This document shows, one piece after another, positions 39,757 through 49,371 of a stretch of DNA of 64,000 bases. The translations under genes were made by a program, and so were the position numbers. This stretch comes from Myxococcota bacterium (GTDB lineage Bacteria; Myxococcota_A; SURF-8). The first letter of the stretch is position 1. Each line of letters begins with the position of its first letter. The stretch lies in the NCBI GenBank assembly GCA_965140415.1, contig OZ223209.1, positions 1,472,001 through 1,536,000 on the forward strand, read 5' to 3'. The notes beneath the pieces are model-generated. The model worked only from the letters and a program-made list of their open reading frames with translations. It had not been told where the DNA came from and did not search any database.

Positions 39757-42132
39757 ATGAAGCCAGGCAAAAAGGTGGTATCGATGAAACGTAAGATGTT
39801 TGTTTTGCTGGTCGGAATGCTCGTGGCTGGGTTATTGCTTGCGTCCTGTTCGGATTCTTCCAGCGCCAATGGCAACCCCGATGGGGATTTCACCCAGGTG
39901 TGTTCCATCGATGAGGAATGCGAAGTCGGTCTGTGCTGTTTGCAGAGCATCTGCCAGCCCTGCACCGATGGCGATCTTGTTGTTCCCGATTACGACGGTG
40001 ACAACTTCGTGGATGGCGATCAGATTGCAGACGGCGACGACGACTGGTCGATTCCGACCGCCAAGGAGCGCCTGATTTTCATCGATCCCGAGGAAGTCAA
40101 CTTCGGCTCCGTGCAAATCAACGGTTTGGTGACCAAATCGTTTTCAATCCGTAATGTGAGCAACGAAGACATTAACCTGACCATTTATAGCGTCAGTTAT
40201 AACGACACTCTGCAAACTGCCGAATTCAGCCTGACGAATCTCGAAAACTATGACTTTCCGGTCGTTTTGCTGCGCGAACAGAGCATGTCCATTGAAATTA
40301 CCTATGCACCTACAGACACCGGAATCGACACCGGTGTGGTCGATATCGTATCCGATGCCAGCAACGAACCGCTGGCTCATGTGCAATTGGTTTCTCGGTA
40401 CAAAGGTACCAAATTTATCGAAGTCAGTCCGCTGCATCATGATTTCGGCGGGCTGGATCTGGGTTCAACTCCGGTGGAGCAGGAATTCGTGATCAAGAAC
40501 ATCGGTGAGCCCAGTGGAAACAAGGTGTTGACCATCAGCGATATCCGCCTGGCCAGTGGTTTCGAAAATGACAATTTCTCGATTATTTCGGGTGAGATCG
40601 ACCGCTTGAATCCGGTGCAGCTTACTCCTTTTCAAGCGGATATCCAGTTGCCGATTCACACCTTTACCGTGCGCTACAGCCCGCAGACCAAGGCCAATAT
40701 CTTCAGTCCGCATTCCGAGCGCATTCTGATCGTCAACGATTCCGACGACATTACCGAGCAGATCAAAAACGTCACCGTGGAAGGCTGGGCGGAATCCTCA
40801 TTGCTTTCGGTAATTCCTTTCCCAATCGAATTCGGAACGGTCATCATTCACGATCACGAATGCTTGCCGCCCGACACCTGCAATCCCGACTACGGCACCT
40901 GCTGCCCCAACGGGCAGGTCTGCCTGGAAGTCTCCGGCGAGCACCAGTGCTACAAGCAGAAAGATGTGCAGATTGCAAACTGGAGTGACAATCCGGTGGC
41001 GCTGAAGGAACTGCGGCTGAGTCCACGTGGGGAGTGCCCGGTTTTCCGTATTGATGATTACAACGGCATCGCCGGGCAGCTTTGCGACACGGTTGACGAC
41101 TGTGCCGCCAATATGACCTGTGAACCGATTGCGGGCGAAAGCGAAGACTTGAAGTTTTGTCATGTTGACCAAGGATCGGATAAACTTGTTAATTTCCGGA
41201 TGACATACAAACCAGTTGAAGTTGTGACCGACACCTGCAACCTACAGATTTTCAGCACCCTGCCGGGCGCGGATGTAATGAACTTCGAAGTTACCGGCAA
41301 AGGCCGTTTGCCCAATGTCGCGCCAGTACCGCGTTTGGCGTTACAGAGTCACGGTCCGATCATTGTCGAGCCGATCTGGGGCATTGAGGAAGACACCACT
41401 TTGTGCTTCTATGGCGATGTCAGCTACGACGAAGACGGAGAAATCATTCCGCCGGGTGTCTGGTCGATGCCGGTCATGCCAGCCGGAAGCAGCGCCTATT
41501 TCCGCTATCTGGATAACGACCAGTTCAGTTCCTGTGTGAAGTTCGATAAGGCAGGCGATTATGAAATCCACTTCACCGTCAGCGACGATGAAGGCGCTTG
41601 GGGCGATCCCTTCCGGGTCTATGTTACCGTGAATGGGCAGCAGGGGCTGAGCATCGTGTTGCGTTTCGAGCGGGGAGATAACTCCTTCTTCGGCAACAAC
41701 CTGGTCGATATGGACCTGGGGATGATTTCTCCCAGCGGTTTTAAATGCAGCGACGATACCATTATGAACACCGGCACCTGTGTCTTCGGATTGGGTGAAG
41801 GCGTAGTGACAATGCCGACGGTTTGCACCGGCGGCGGCACCTGTAACGGAGTGGAGGAAATGCGCGGCCTGAACATGGTCGATGGAGCCTATAAAATCGA
41901 GGTGACCTATGCGAGCGACTGCGAGGTGTACAATAACTGGCTGATCCAGCCCTTCTGCGGTTCTCGCCTGAAAAACAACGATTTCAAGATTGAAATCTAC
42001 GACACCTCCGATTTCAGCGGCAACACGCTCTTCCCGATCATTTCCGGCACATTGAGAGAAGAGGGTGATTCAATGAGTTGGTTGTTCGTGCGCGATAACG
42101 GTCTCTGGCAGCAGCCGATATCGATGAACTAG
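39757..42132 (+). CDS. Lipoprotein with ASH/choice-of-anchor-D-like Ig domains, Cys-rich inserts and a PKD-like domain
   Basis: Lipobox LASC; repeated P..(V/H/I)(N/D/E)FG.V...I.N units; FDKAGDYEIHFTVSDDEG; VDMDL C-terminal domain. Confidence 0.75.
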   Translation: MKPGKKVVSMKRKMFVLLVGMLVAGLLLASCSDSSSANGNPDGDFTQVCSIDEECEVGLCCLQSICQPCTDGDLVVPDYDGDNFVDGDQIADGDDDWSIPTAKERLIFIDPEEVNFGSVQINGLVTKSFSIRNVSNEDINLTIYSVSYNDTLQTAEFSLTNLENYDFPVVLLREQSMSIEITYAPTDTGIDTGVVDIVSDASNEPLAHVQLVSRYKGTKFIEVSPLHHDFGGLDLGSTPVEQEFVIKNIGEPSGNKVLTISDIRLASGFENDNFSIISGEIDRLNPVQLTPFQADIQLPIHTFTVRYSPQTKANIFSPHSERILIVNDSDDITEQIKNVTVEGWAESSLLSVIPFPIEFGTVIIHDHECLPPDTCNPDYGTCCPNGQVCLEVSGEHQCYKQKDVQIANWSDNPVALKELRLSPRGECPVFRIDDYNGIAGQLCDTVDDCAANMTCEPIAGESEDLKFCHVDQGSDKLVNFRMTYKPVEVVTDTCNLQIFSTLPGADVMNFEVTGKGRLPNVAPVPRLALQSHGPIIVEPIWGIEEDTTLCFYGDVSYDEDGEIIPPGVWSMPVMPAGSSAYFRYLDNDQFSSCVKFDKAGDYEIHFTVSDDEGAWGDPFRVYVTVNGQQGLSIVLRFERGDNSFFGNNLVDMDLGMISPSGFKCSDDTIMNTGTCVFGLGEGVVTMPTVCTGGGTCNGVEEMRGLNMVDGAYKIEVTYASDCEVYNNWLIQPFCGSRLKNNDFKIEIYDTSDFSGNTLFPIISGTLREEGDSMSWLFVRDNGLWQQPISMN

Positions 42133-42157
42133 CAACAAGCTTGATTCCTGTCTCACG

Positions 42158-42187
42158 GAGCCGCGTCTTTCTGGCGCGGCTCTTTTC
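42158..42187 (+). terminator. Rho-independent terminator
   Basis: gagccgcg...cgcggctc followed by tttt. Confidence 0.7.
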
Positions 42188-42197
42188 AGGAAACCCC

Positions 42198-42226
42198 TTG
42201 ACCGATACGTCCGGGGAGGGTATGGT
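42198..42226 (+). promoter_or_regulatory. Putative sigma70 promoter for the lipoprotein-rsfS-rlmH operon
   Basis: TTGACC-N17-TATGGT. Confidence 0.45.
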
Positions 42227-42297
42227 TTCGCCCCGGTTGGCTCGTATTCCGTTTTGGAAGCGGGATTTTATTGTAATGAAAACGAAATAGGCGACCA

Positions 42298-43371
42298 ATG
42301 ACTCGATGGATACAAACGATACTGGTGATTCTGCTTATTGCTCTGCTCGGTCTGGCGAATGGTTGTTCCAAGGCGGACAGTGAAGACGCCGAACAGCGCG
42401 TGATCGAAAAGAAGGACGTGGCCGAAGAAGTCAAGGAGCGCAAGGTTACGTTACACGAGATCGATCTGTCCAAAATTCCGGGTGACATCGGCGAAATGGA
42501 TAAGCTGATGCTGATGACCCAGGAAGAAGTTGCCGCGCGACTGGGCGGGTATCACTTTAACGCCGAAATGGTTTTCACCACCGGTGGCGGAAAAAAGAAA
42601 ATCAACCTACTTGAACGGCACGAACTGGAACAGGCCGAAAACGGCGATTTTCGTGTGCGGATTTTCAACGACAATACCAAGAACTACGAATTGTACTGGG
42701 TCAATGGCGAAGTGCTGGACCGCACTGGCTACGGCGCGTATAGGACTTCGATGTCCACCGGAAAGCACTTGTACTGGCGCGAAAAAACCTACATGGCGCT
42801 GGACCGCTTTTACCGCTACTTCCGCGGACATATGAAATTTTCTCCTGCCGAATCGATGGAATACGAAGGGCGTCCGGCTCTGAAGATCGCGTTCACTCTC
42901 GATCCCGCAGGTGCAATCGGCGAAGCGGACCTGCCGCTGCAATACGATTTCCCGAGCCAGTATGCTTTGAGCCTGCTCTCGATGAACAAGATGATGAATC
43001 AGAACCGCAAGCGCGTGACCCGTTTCGAGGAAGCGGATGGCTATGTCGTGGTGGATCGGAATGCGGGCGTGATTCTGTCGTACAAGTTCCACGGAAAATA
43101 CTTTATCTCAATCGGCAAAAAGCGAATCGAGAAAATGATCGCCGCCGGCGACAAGAATCCGCCTAAGGAAGTTCTGTTCATTCTGGACGGATCGCTGAAC
43201 ATTGATAAGATCGGCCAGATCAAGTCGATCGAAAAGCCGAAAAACGAACCCGCCGCCAAGCGCGAGCAACCGATGGAAGACGTTGCGCCGCTATTGCCGG
43301 AGGGTGTGAAAACCAATAAACAAATCAAAGCCGAGCAAGCCAAGGCCAAGCCGGAGAACACGGACAAGTAA
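42298..43371 (+). CDS. Hypothetical lipoprotein (beta-rich, possibly LolA/LppX-like fold)
   Basis: Signal peptide ending ANGC; alternating beta-strand pattern; fold call is a guess. Confidence 0.65.
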   Translation: MTRWIQTILVILLIALLGLANGCSKADSEDAEQRVIEKKDVAEEVKERKVTLHEIDLSKIPGDIGEMDKLMLMTQEEVAARLGGYHFNAEMVFTTGGGKKKINLLERHELEQAENGDFRVRIFNDNTKNYELYWVNGEVLDRTGYGAYRTSMSTGKHLYWREKTYMALDRFYRYFRGHMKFSPAESMEYEGRPALKIAFTLDPAGAIGEADLPLQYDFPSQYALSLLSMNKMMNQNRKRVTRFEEADGYVVVDRNAGVILSYKFHGKYFISIGKKRIEKMIAAGDKNPPKEVLFILDGSLNIDKIGQIKSIEKPKNEPAAKREQPMEDVAPLLPEGVKTNKQIKAEQAKAKPENTDK

Positions 43372-43376
43372 ACCCC

Positions 43377-43859
43377 ATGAGCGAGACGAACGAAACCACC
43401 TCTGAACAGACAACCGAAAAAACTTCCAAACCGGAAGAAATCAGCCTGCTTTCCGAAGAACGCGACAAGCTCATTTTAGCCGTTCGTGCCGTGCAGGAAA
43501 AGAAGGCGTTGGATGTCATGCTGATCGATGTCACCGATCGGCAGACCTACACCGACTACATCCTGATCTGCCACGGTCAGAGCGACCGGCAGGTGCAGGC
43601 CATTGCCGAGCACGTACAGCAGACGCTGCGCGCCTATAAAATCCGTCCCATCGGCACGGAAGGCGAAACGCTGAACCACTGGGTGCTGATCGATTTCGGC
43701 GGGCTGATCGTCAACGTGTTCTACCAGCCGATTCGTGAACTCTACGATCTGGAAGGCATCTGGGCCGGATCGCCGCTACTGGATATCGAATCCGTCGAGG
43801 CGCTGCCGGTTGAAATCACGCCGAAGAAATCCAAACGGTTGATGAAGGACCAGGCGTGA
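43377..43859 (+). CDS. rsfS: Ribosome silencing factor
   Basis: EKKALDV..IDV, DYILICHG.S.RQV.AIA, WVLIDFG, YDLEGIW. Confidence 0.95.
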   Translation: MSETNETTSEQTTEKTSKPEEISLLSEERDKLILAVRAVQEKKALDVMLIDVTDRQTYTDYILICHGQSDRQVQAIAEHVQQTLRAYKIRPIGTEGETLNHWVLIDFGGLIVNVFYQPIRELYDLEGIWAGSPLLDIESVEALPVEITPKKSKRLMKDQA

Positions 43860-44323
43860 AGATTCGGCTGGTCAGCATCGGCAAGACCAAGCAGCCCCAT
43901 GTCAAAACCGGGGTCGATCTGTACCGCAAGCGCTTGTCCCACTACATTCCATTCGAATACGTCGAACTGCCCGATGTCAAGGGCGGCGGCAAGGCGGAAG
44001 TGTTGCGCGAGCGCGAGGCGCAAAGCATTATGAAGGGTCTGTCGCCGCAAACGGTTCTGGTGGCGCTGGACGAGCATGGGAAGCAGTTTTCCTCCGTTGC
44101 TTTCGCCGGGTGGATCGAAAAGCAGATGAATCGCGGCGCAAGCGACGTCGTGTTCGCCATCGGCGGCGCAACCGGGCACGGCAGGGCGCTATTGGATCGC
44201 GCCGAGTTGACGATGTCGCTTTCGAAAATGACCTTTCCGCACGATCTGGCGCGGTTGCTCTTTCTGGAGCAGCTCTACCGCGCGTTCACGATCATTCGCC
44301 ACGAGCCGTATCACAACGAGTAG
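43856..44323 (+). CDS. rlmH: 23S rRNA (pseudouridine1915-N3)-methyltransferase
   Basis: LDEHGK, FAIGGA.G, SLSKMTFPH, EQLYRAFTI....PYH. Confidence 0.96.
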   Translation: MKIRLVSIGKTKQPHVKTGVDLYRKRLSHYIPFEYVELPDVKGGGKAEVLREREAQSIMKGLSPQTVLVALDEHGKQFSSVAFAGWIEKQMNRGASDVVFAIGGATGHGRALLDRAELTMSLSKMTFPHDLARLLFLEQLYRAFTIIRHEPYHNE

Positions 44324-44351
44324 CAACTACCTGTTGATTTCGGAAATTCTT

Positions 44352-45332
44352 CTATAACGTCACTTGATCCAAGGCGGGCTCATCAACACCGGAGAGCACA
44401 CGAACGCCCGTAAAATCGGCGATCTCCAGGTGGGCTTCCGTGTGCATCATGCGGGTGGCCAGATAATAGCGGCAACTGGCGAACAAACGGTGCTCGTCGG
44501 GAAGTTCGTCGCTGATCAGTGTGATATCCGCAAATTCGCCCGAATCGGGAATCACCTGCTGAAGCTGTTTCATTTTGCGGTCGAAAAAACGATCTCGTAT
44601 CACGCGCAGCACGAGAGTCACATCCGAGTCGGCGTTGAAACGCTGTAGATACTCGCGAATCAGTTTCGGCCAAACAGGATAGGGGTCTTCGAAGTCGGGA
44701 TAGAGCAGGATGCAGGTGCTCCGTGCTTGAATCTTTAGCGGTTCGGGATGCGGCTCAGGTACGCCGTATTTCGAGATGAAGCCGTCGATGTCCGTACCGA
44801 AGTCGGTTTCACTGGCTTGCAGTTTTTCATGTTCCCAATGCCAGTATTGGATAGCCTGCAAGGCTTTGATCTGCTCCAGAGGGAAGCGATATTTAATGAT
44901 TTGCATCGGGCTGCCCACCGCCACGGCGTAAGGCGGCACGTCTTTACTGACGACCGTTCCCGATCCGATGACCGCGCCGTTGCCGATGCGCACACCAGAC
45001 AGCAAGGTTACCCGGTTGCCGATCCAGACATCGTGGCCGATTACGATCTGCCCTTTGCGCTTGAAATCGTCGCGTTTACCCAGATGGAAGGAACTGCTTA
45101 TGCGCTCTATGTCGTGATTCAGATTGAACAGACTGTAGATGCGATTGCCAAGCGAACAGTAGTTGCCGATTTGCAGGTTGATGATTTCGTTGCCTTCGTC
45201 CATATAGATGCGCATCGAGCCGATGAAACTCATACGACCCAGGCTGCCGAACATGAAATTCTTTTTCACACCATCGCTGATGCTCATCGGGCGCACTTCG
45301 CTATCCGCCTGGATGGTAATATCGAATTTCAT
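44352..45332 (-). CDS. CatB/Vat-like hexapeptide O-acetyltransferase with a C-terminal extension
   Basis: IGNYCSL, IVIGHDVWIG, VSKDVPPYAVAVGSP..IIKYRF; about 140-aa extra C-terminal domain. Confidence 0.85.
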   Translation of the reverse strand: MKFDITIQADSEVRPMSISDGVKKNFMFGSLGRMSFIGSMRIYMDEGNEIINLQIGNYCSLGNRIYSLFNLNHDIERISSSFHLGKRDDFKRKGQIVIGHDVWIGNRVTLLSGVRIGNGAVIGSGTVVSKDVPPYAVAVGSPMQIIKYRFPLEQIKALQAIQYWHWEHEKLQASETDFGTDIDGFISKYGVPEPHPEPLKIQARSTCILLYPDFEDPYPVWPKLIREYLQRFNADSDVTLVLRVIRDRFFDRKMKQLQQVIPDSGEFADITLISDELPDEHRLFASCRYYLATRMMHTEAHLEIADFTGVRVLSGVDEPALDQVTL

Positions 45333-45386
45333 GTAAACCCCTTTGTTGGAAGCTTGAACCTAACGGCCTGGAAACCGAATGTGGCG

Positions 45387-45911
45387 CTATTCCCCCGCCA
45401 GATGCTTTTCGATGCCGCGATTGACTTTGACCAGGTTCGGTTTGATCAAGGCCAATACGACCTTTTCCACCTGGCTGGTGATGCTCTTGGCAAGAAACTT
45501 CGGGATCATGGGATGCTTGGCCAGATCCAGGTTCAACTCGCCGCTGAGTTTGACGGTGGTTTCTTTTTCGTCGCCGGTGAAGAAGTTTTCGCCGTGGACA
45601 TCGACGTATTCGGTAAAGAACATCATCTCCAGCCGGTAACGCACGCTCATCGTGCTTTCATCCCACTCGGCATAATCCACCCAGCCCAGTTCCTCGGCTT
45701 TGATGAACTTCTTCAATCCACCGGGGATTTTGTCTTCGCTGTACCAGTGGTTGACGATGCTCACCTTGCCGTCGCCCTTGTCTTCGTATTTCTTGCAGTC
45801 GATTTTTTTAACATCGGGCAAATAGGGGACGAGGTCGGGCATCTTGTCACGCATGGTGGCGTAGACATCTTTCAAAGGATAGGGCACATGGTCGATGACT
45901 TCGAATTTCAT
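45387..45911 (-). CDS. START/SRPBCC-fold (DUF2505-like) protein
   Basis: Helix-grip pattern (VYATMRD.....VPYLPDV, WVDYAEWD, long C-terminal helix). Confidence 0.65.
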   Translation of the reverse strand: MKFEVIDHVPYPLKDVYATMRDKMPDLVPYLPDVKKIDCKKYEDKGDGKVSIVNHWYSEDKIPGGLKKFIKAEELGWVDYAEWDESTMSVRYRLEMMFFTEYVDVHGENFFTGDEKETTVKLSGELNLDLAKHPMIPKFLAKSITSQVEKVVLALIKPNLVKVNRGIEKHLAGE

Positions 45912-46069
45912 GTCGCTTCTTCGGCTTTTTAGGGGTTGGCGAATGGAAGAGGATTTCCCCTCCGCTTGCGTCTTGTGGTGCGCATTGTAACAAAGCCCCG
46001 GAATGCGTTCAACAAAAATTGTATAGTGCTTCAACGGTACTTTAAACCACAGGTCGAAAAAAAGTATTT

Positions 46070-46771
46070 TTAAGCAGGATAGCGATTGATGAAATCCCTT
46101 ACCGCCATAAGAACAAGTTCAACTTTGGTCTTATCGTATTCATCATAATGTCCGTGAGCAGCATCGTTTCGAAGACTTAACCAAGCGGTTACACTTTTTT
46201 GTTCACTTTTTCCATACGCACCAGCTTTAACGAGATCGGCATTTATTAAATCCGCCTTTTTAAACCGGCTTTTAGGAGAGGTTGTATCTACACTAACTTT
46301 TTCGCACAATTTTCTAAGGTGTGTTTCTAAAGAGCTTCCAATAATTACAGCCGCAGGATCTTTATAACCATCTTTTAATAGATATTCTGCCATATCTAGG
46401 TAATCTGAGAATAAGTCAGCTCTAATCAAAGATTTCAAGGATGATAGATAGCCATTTGAGTAATCCTCTCTTAGAGCCATCGCAATTCCTGTATAATCTT
46501 CCATTAGAAGAATATCATCATCACCTTTCCTATTTTGGACAGCTTCATATTTCTCCCAATAAGCACTGCCTTTAGGAGCCAAATCCATTATTGCAGCCTG
46601 AAGCCGAGTGTAAACTTTTGTCTCTTCTGCTGGTATAGGAACATCATAACCATATTCAACATTCAGTCTCCCATGGTGAACCTTTCCATATTCTTCCAGT
46701 AATTTTCTTTGGTCTTCAATTACAGAATCCAATCGTTTTAAAATACTTTTGAGGATTTCTTCCGATAGCAT
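46070..46771 (-). CDS. HEPN-motif (DUF4145-like) protein
   Basis: AAVIIGSSLETHLRKLC and C-terminal RNDAAH (Rx4H); strongly AT-rich. Confidence 0.75.
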   Translation of the reverse strand: MLSEEILKSILKRLDSVIEDQRKLLEEYGKVHHGRLNVEYGYDVPIPAEETKVYTRLQAAIMDLAPKGSAYWEKYEAVQNRKGDDDILLMEDYTGIAMALREDYSNGYLSSLKSLIRADLFSDYLDMAEYLLKDGYKDPAAVIIGSSLETHLRKLCEKVSVDTTSPKSRFKKADLINADLVKAGAYGKSEQKSVTAWLSLRNDAAHGHYDEYDKTKVELVLMAVRDFINRYPA

Positions 46772-47060
46772 TTCTAAACCTCATTTTGCTTTAGCTTAAT
46801 CATACACAACCATAGCATCCGGCTGGAAATTTTTAGCATTTTCCAACCAGCCCAATAGCCAGCCTTATCCGGCGTTTCTACAATCCCCATTTCATTCATG
46901 AGACTTCCTTTGCATGGATTTGCTCTATGATACTAATGTTTAAGCCATTTTGCCAGTCCATTTGTCAAATTGTTCGAAATGGTTTGTAAAATTATGAAGA
47001 GATGAAAGTGAAATCGTTACCAGTTAATAAAACGATAAATTTCCTGCCATGCGTGGAGTT

Positions 47061-47092
47061 CCGGTATGCTCCGATATGCTCCGATATGTTCC
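47061..47092. repeat. Three tandem 10-bp direct repeats CCG(G/A)TATG(C/T)T upstream of the PEGA operon
   Basis: ccggtatgct ccgatatgct ccgatatgtt cc. Confidence 0.65.
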
Positions 47093-47198
47093 CTAAAACC
47101 ACTTGATTCAACAGATGACTTCGGGTATTTTGACTGCGGATCTTATATAAGGTATCGAGCAGTAATTTTCGGAACCTCACACGGTGGAGAAAAAGCGA

Positions 47199-48221
47199 AT
47201 GCGGCGAAGGCTGGCAATCATCCTGATGATTCTTCTTTTTCTGTTGGGTACGCTCCATGCGGCAATGGCGCAAAGCCGAAGCGGCGTGATGGTCTGGCGG
47301 CTGGAAGCCAAGGAAGGCGTAAGCGAACATCACATCGATTCCCTGACCGGTATCGTGGCGGCGGAGGTGGATCGCTACTCGGGAATGCAGGTCGTTTCCG
47401 AAGCGGATATCCGCACGATTTTGCAGGGCGAAGAAGTCCGGCAACGCTGCGGCGAGGAAAGCACCTCCTGCATGGTGTCCATCGGCGCAGCTTTAGGCGT
47501 ACCCGAAGCGGTTTCGGGTGATCTGGGGCGCATCGGTTCCATCTGGGTCTTGAATCTGCGTCGCATCAATATCCGCAGTACCGAAGTTGCCGGGCGCGTA
47601 AGCCGCCAGGTAGATGGCACCGTGGAGGATCTGGTCAAAGTCGTTCCCGCAGCGGTGGCGGAGCTTTTCGGTAAACAGGCTCCCGAACTTCCGGCCACCT
47701 TGAGTGTCACCACCAAACCCGATGCCGCAGAAATCCGCATCAACGGTCAATCGGTGGGGCAGGCTCCCGTCAAGAAAAACGTCCCAGCCGGGGACGTTAC
47801 CGTGCAGGCCGAAAAAAAAGGCTACGAGTTGATCTCCCGCACACTGACACTGGAAGCGGGGCAGAGCGAAACGCTGCAACTTGAAATGACACGCTACCCC
47901 ATGAACCCTTACAAACTGGGAGGGCATATCGCATTCTGGAGCGGACTGGGTCTGGCGGTTATCGGCGGCATCGCCACATGGCAGGCGTATGATACCGCCG
48001 GTGACAATAAAAACGGCGACTGGGGTGATAAATCCGGTAACAAAGCCTGGTCGGGCGCTGCTTCGGCCTGCTACGCCATCGGCGGCGCAGCCATGATAAC
48101 CGGAGTGGTGCTGTGGGCGATCAGCCCCGGAGACGAAGCCTGGGCGGAGAAGCACCGCGTATCCATGGGAGTCAGTCCCGATGGCAAAGGGCTTGCGTTG
48201 AGCTGGCAGGGGAGCTTCTGA
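47199..48221 (+). CDS. PEGA domain protein with CsgG/TolB_N-like N-terminal domain
   Basis: Signal peptide; C...SC...IGAALGV..AVSGDLGRIG; PEGA LSVTTKPDAAEIRING...G.AP; two hydrophobic helices and C-terminal LSWQGSF. Confidence 0.8.
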   Translation: MRRRLAIILMILLFLLGTLHAAMAQSRSGVMVWRLEAKEGVSEHHIDSLTGIVAAEVDRYSGMQVVSEADIRTILQGEEVRQRCGEESTSCMVSIGAALGVPEAVSGDLGRIGSIWVLNLRRINIRSTEVAGRVSRQVDGTVEDLVKVVPAAVAELFGKQAPELPATLSVTTKPDAAEIRINGQSVGQAPVKKNVPAGDVTVQAEKKGYELISRTLTLEAGQSETLQLEMTRYPMNPYKLGGHIAFWSGLGLAVIGGIATWQAYDTAGDNKNGDWGDKSGNKAWSGAASACYAIGGAAMITGVVLWAISPGDEAWAEKHRVSMGVSPDGKGLALSWQGSF

Positions 48222-49360
48222 TGAAACGACACATACTCATATTCCCGTTGCTCGTCGTGTTGCTTGGCGGTTGCCAGTATTTCTGGGCCAATTACGGCGA
48301 ACTCGATCAGCCCTGCTCGACCAAGGGCACTTGTCGCGACAACCTTGTCTGCGTCAACGACATCTGCAAACGACCGGGCGATATTTCAGACGGCGATCAG
48401 GATGTTGTCACAGACGGCGACACGATCACGGATGGTGACATGCCCACTGATGGCGACACGCCCACAGACGGCGACACGCCCACTGACGGTGACACACCCA
48501 CGGATGGCGACACGCCCACCGATGGTGACACACCCACGGATGGCGACACGCCCACCGATGGTGATACACCCACGGATGGCGACACGCCCACCGATGGTGA
48601 TACACCCACCGACGGTGATACGCCCACCGATGGCGACACGCCCACCGATGGTGACGAGCCGGTGCCGGATGGCGATCTCGACTGGGAAGGCGAAACCGAA
48701 TTTTCCGGTGGTCTGATCATCGGTTTGCTTAACGCTCCCGTCGCGACCTGCCGTGGTTTGGTTTCCGATGGCTTGTATTTCTGGATCGGCGATGTCACCA
48801 ACAACCGGTTGTTGAAGGTTCGTAAAACCGGCGGTGTAGCCAACAGCTATCCCTTGCCTGCGGATGACTTGATCGATCTGGCCACCGACGGAACGAAGCT
48901 TTACAGCATCCACGACGACCCGGACGCGGTGTATGTCATTAACAAACTGAACGGGCAAGGCACACTTTCCGATCAATCTTTCAGCAACCTGAAAGGCGCC
49001 ACCTATACCGAGAACCAGGTTGCAACCTGGGAAGCCAACAAGATCGAACTGCGCGCCCCGCAGACATTGGCGCAGGAACACGTCGTCACCTGTGATTCTC
49101 CCGGCTCGCTGCTTTGCTTTAACGATCCGAATTACATCGTCTATGCCGAATCTCCCTTCGACGGCAATGCGTTCACAACAAACCTGAACATCTTAAACGG
49201 TACGCATCTGGTTAATGCCAGTATTCTCAAAACCCTGGTCGTGCCTATCAACGCCCAGCGCGTTACGGGGCTGGATGCCAGCCTGAACCACGTTTGGGTG
49301 CTTACCGACGGCAGCGGCCCGGATGCGGATAAAATCATTTTCCTTCGCCTGGATGAATAG
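48221..49360 (+). CDS. Lipoprotein with a Cys knot, TDGDTP repeat stalk and beta-propeller-like C-terminal domain
   Basis: Lipobox LGGC; TGATG overlap with the PEGA gene; blades GLVSDGLYFWIGD, DLATDGTKLY, GLDASLNHVWV. Confidence 0.8.
   Translation: MKRHILIFPLLVVLLGGCQYFWANYGELDQPCSTKGTCRDNLVCVNDICKRPGDISDGDQDVVTDGDTITDGDMPTDGDTPTDGDTPTDGDTPTDGDTPTDGDTPTDGDTPTDGDTPTDGDTPTDGDTPTDGDTPTDGDTPTDGDEPVPDGDLDWEGETEFSGGLIIGLLNAPVATCRGLVSDGLYFWIGDVTNNRLLKVRKTGGVANSYPLPADDLIDLATDGTKLYSIHDDPDAVYVINKLNGQGTLSDQSFSNLKGATYTENQVATWEANKIELRAPQTLAQEHVVTCDSPGSLLCFNDPNYIVYAESPFDGNAFTTNLNILNGTHLVNASILKTLVVPINAQRVTGLDASLNHVWVLTDGSGPDADKIIFLRLDE
48410..48661 (+). repeat. 14 x 18-bp coding tandem repeat (TDGDTP)
   Basis: ac(a/g/t/c)ga(c/t)gg(c/t)ga(c/t)ac(g/a)ccc units. 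Confidence 0.95.
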
Positions 49361-49371
49361 GAATTTCCATC

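Noticed and set aside
44352..45332. Chloramphenicol/streptogramin resistance gene call
   Set aside because: Only family-level hexapeptide similarity; the extra domain and context give no support for resistance.
44748..45932. 394-aa plus-strand ORF
   Set aside because: Antisense to two well-supported minus-strand genes; no recognisable domain.
48410..48661. Regular repeat array considered as CRISPR
   Set aside because: Contiguous 18-bp in-frame coding units without spacers; no cas genes in the window.
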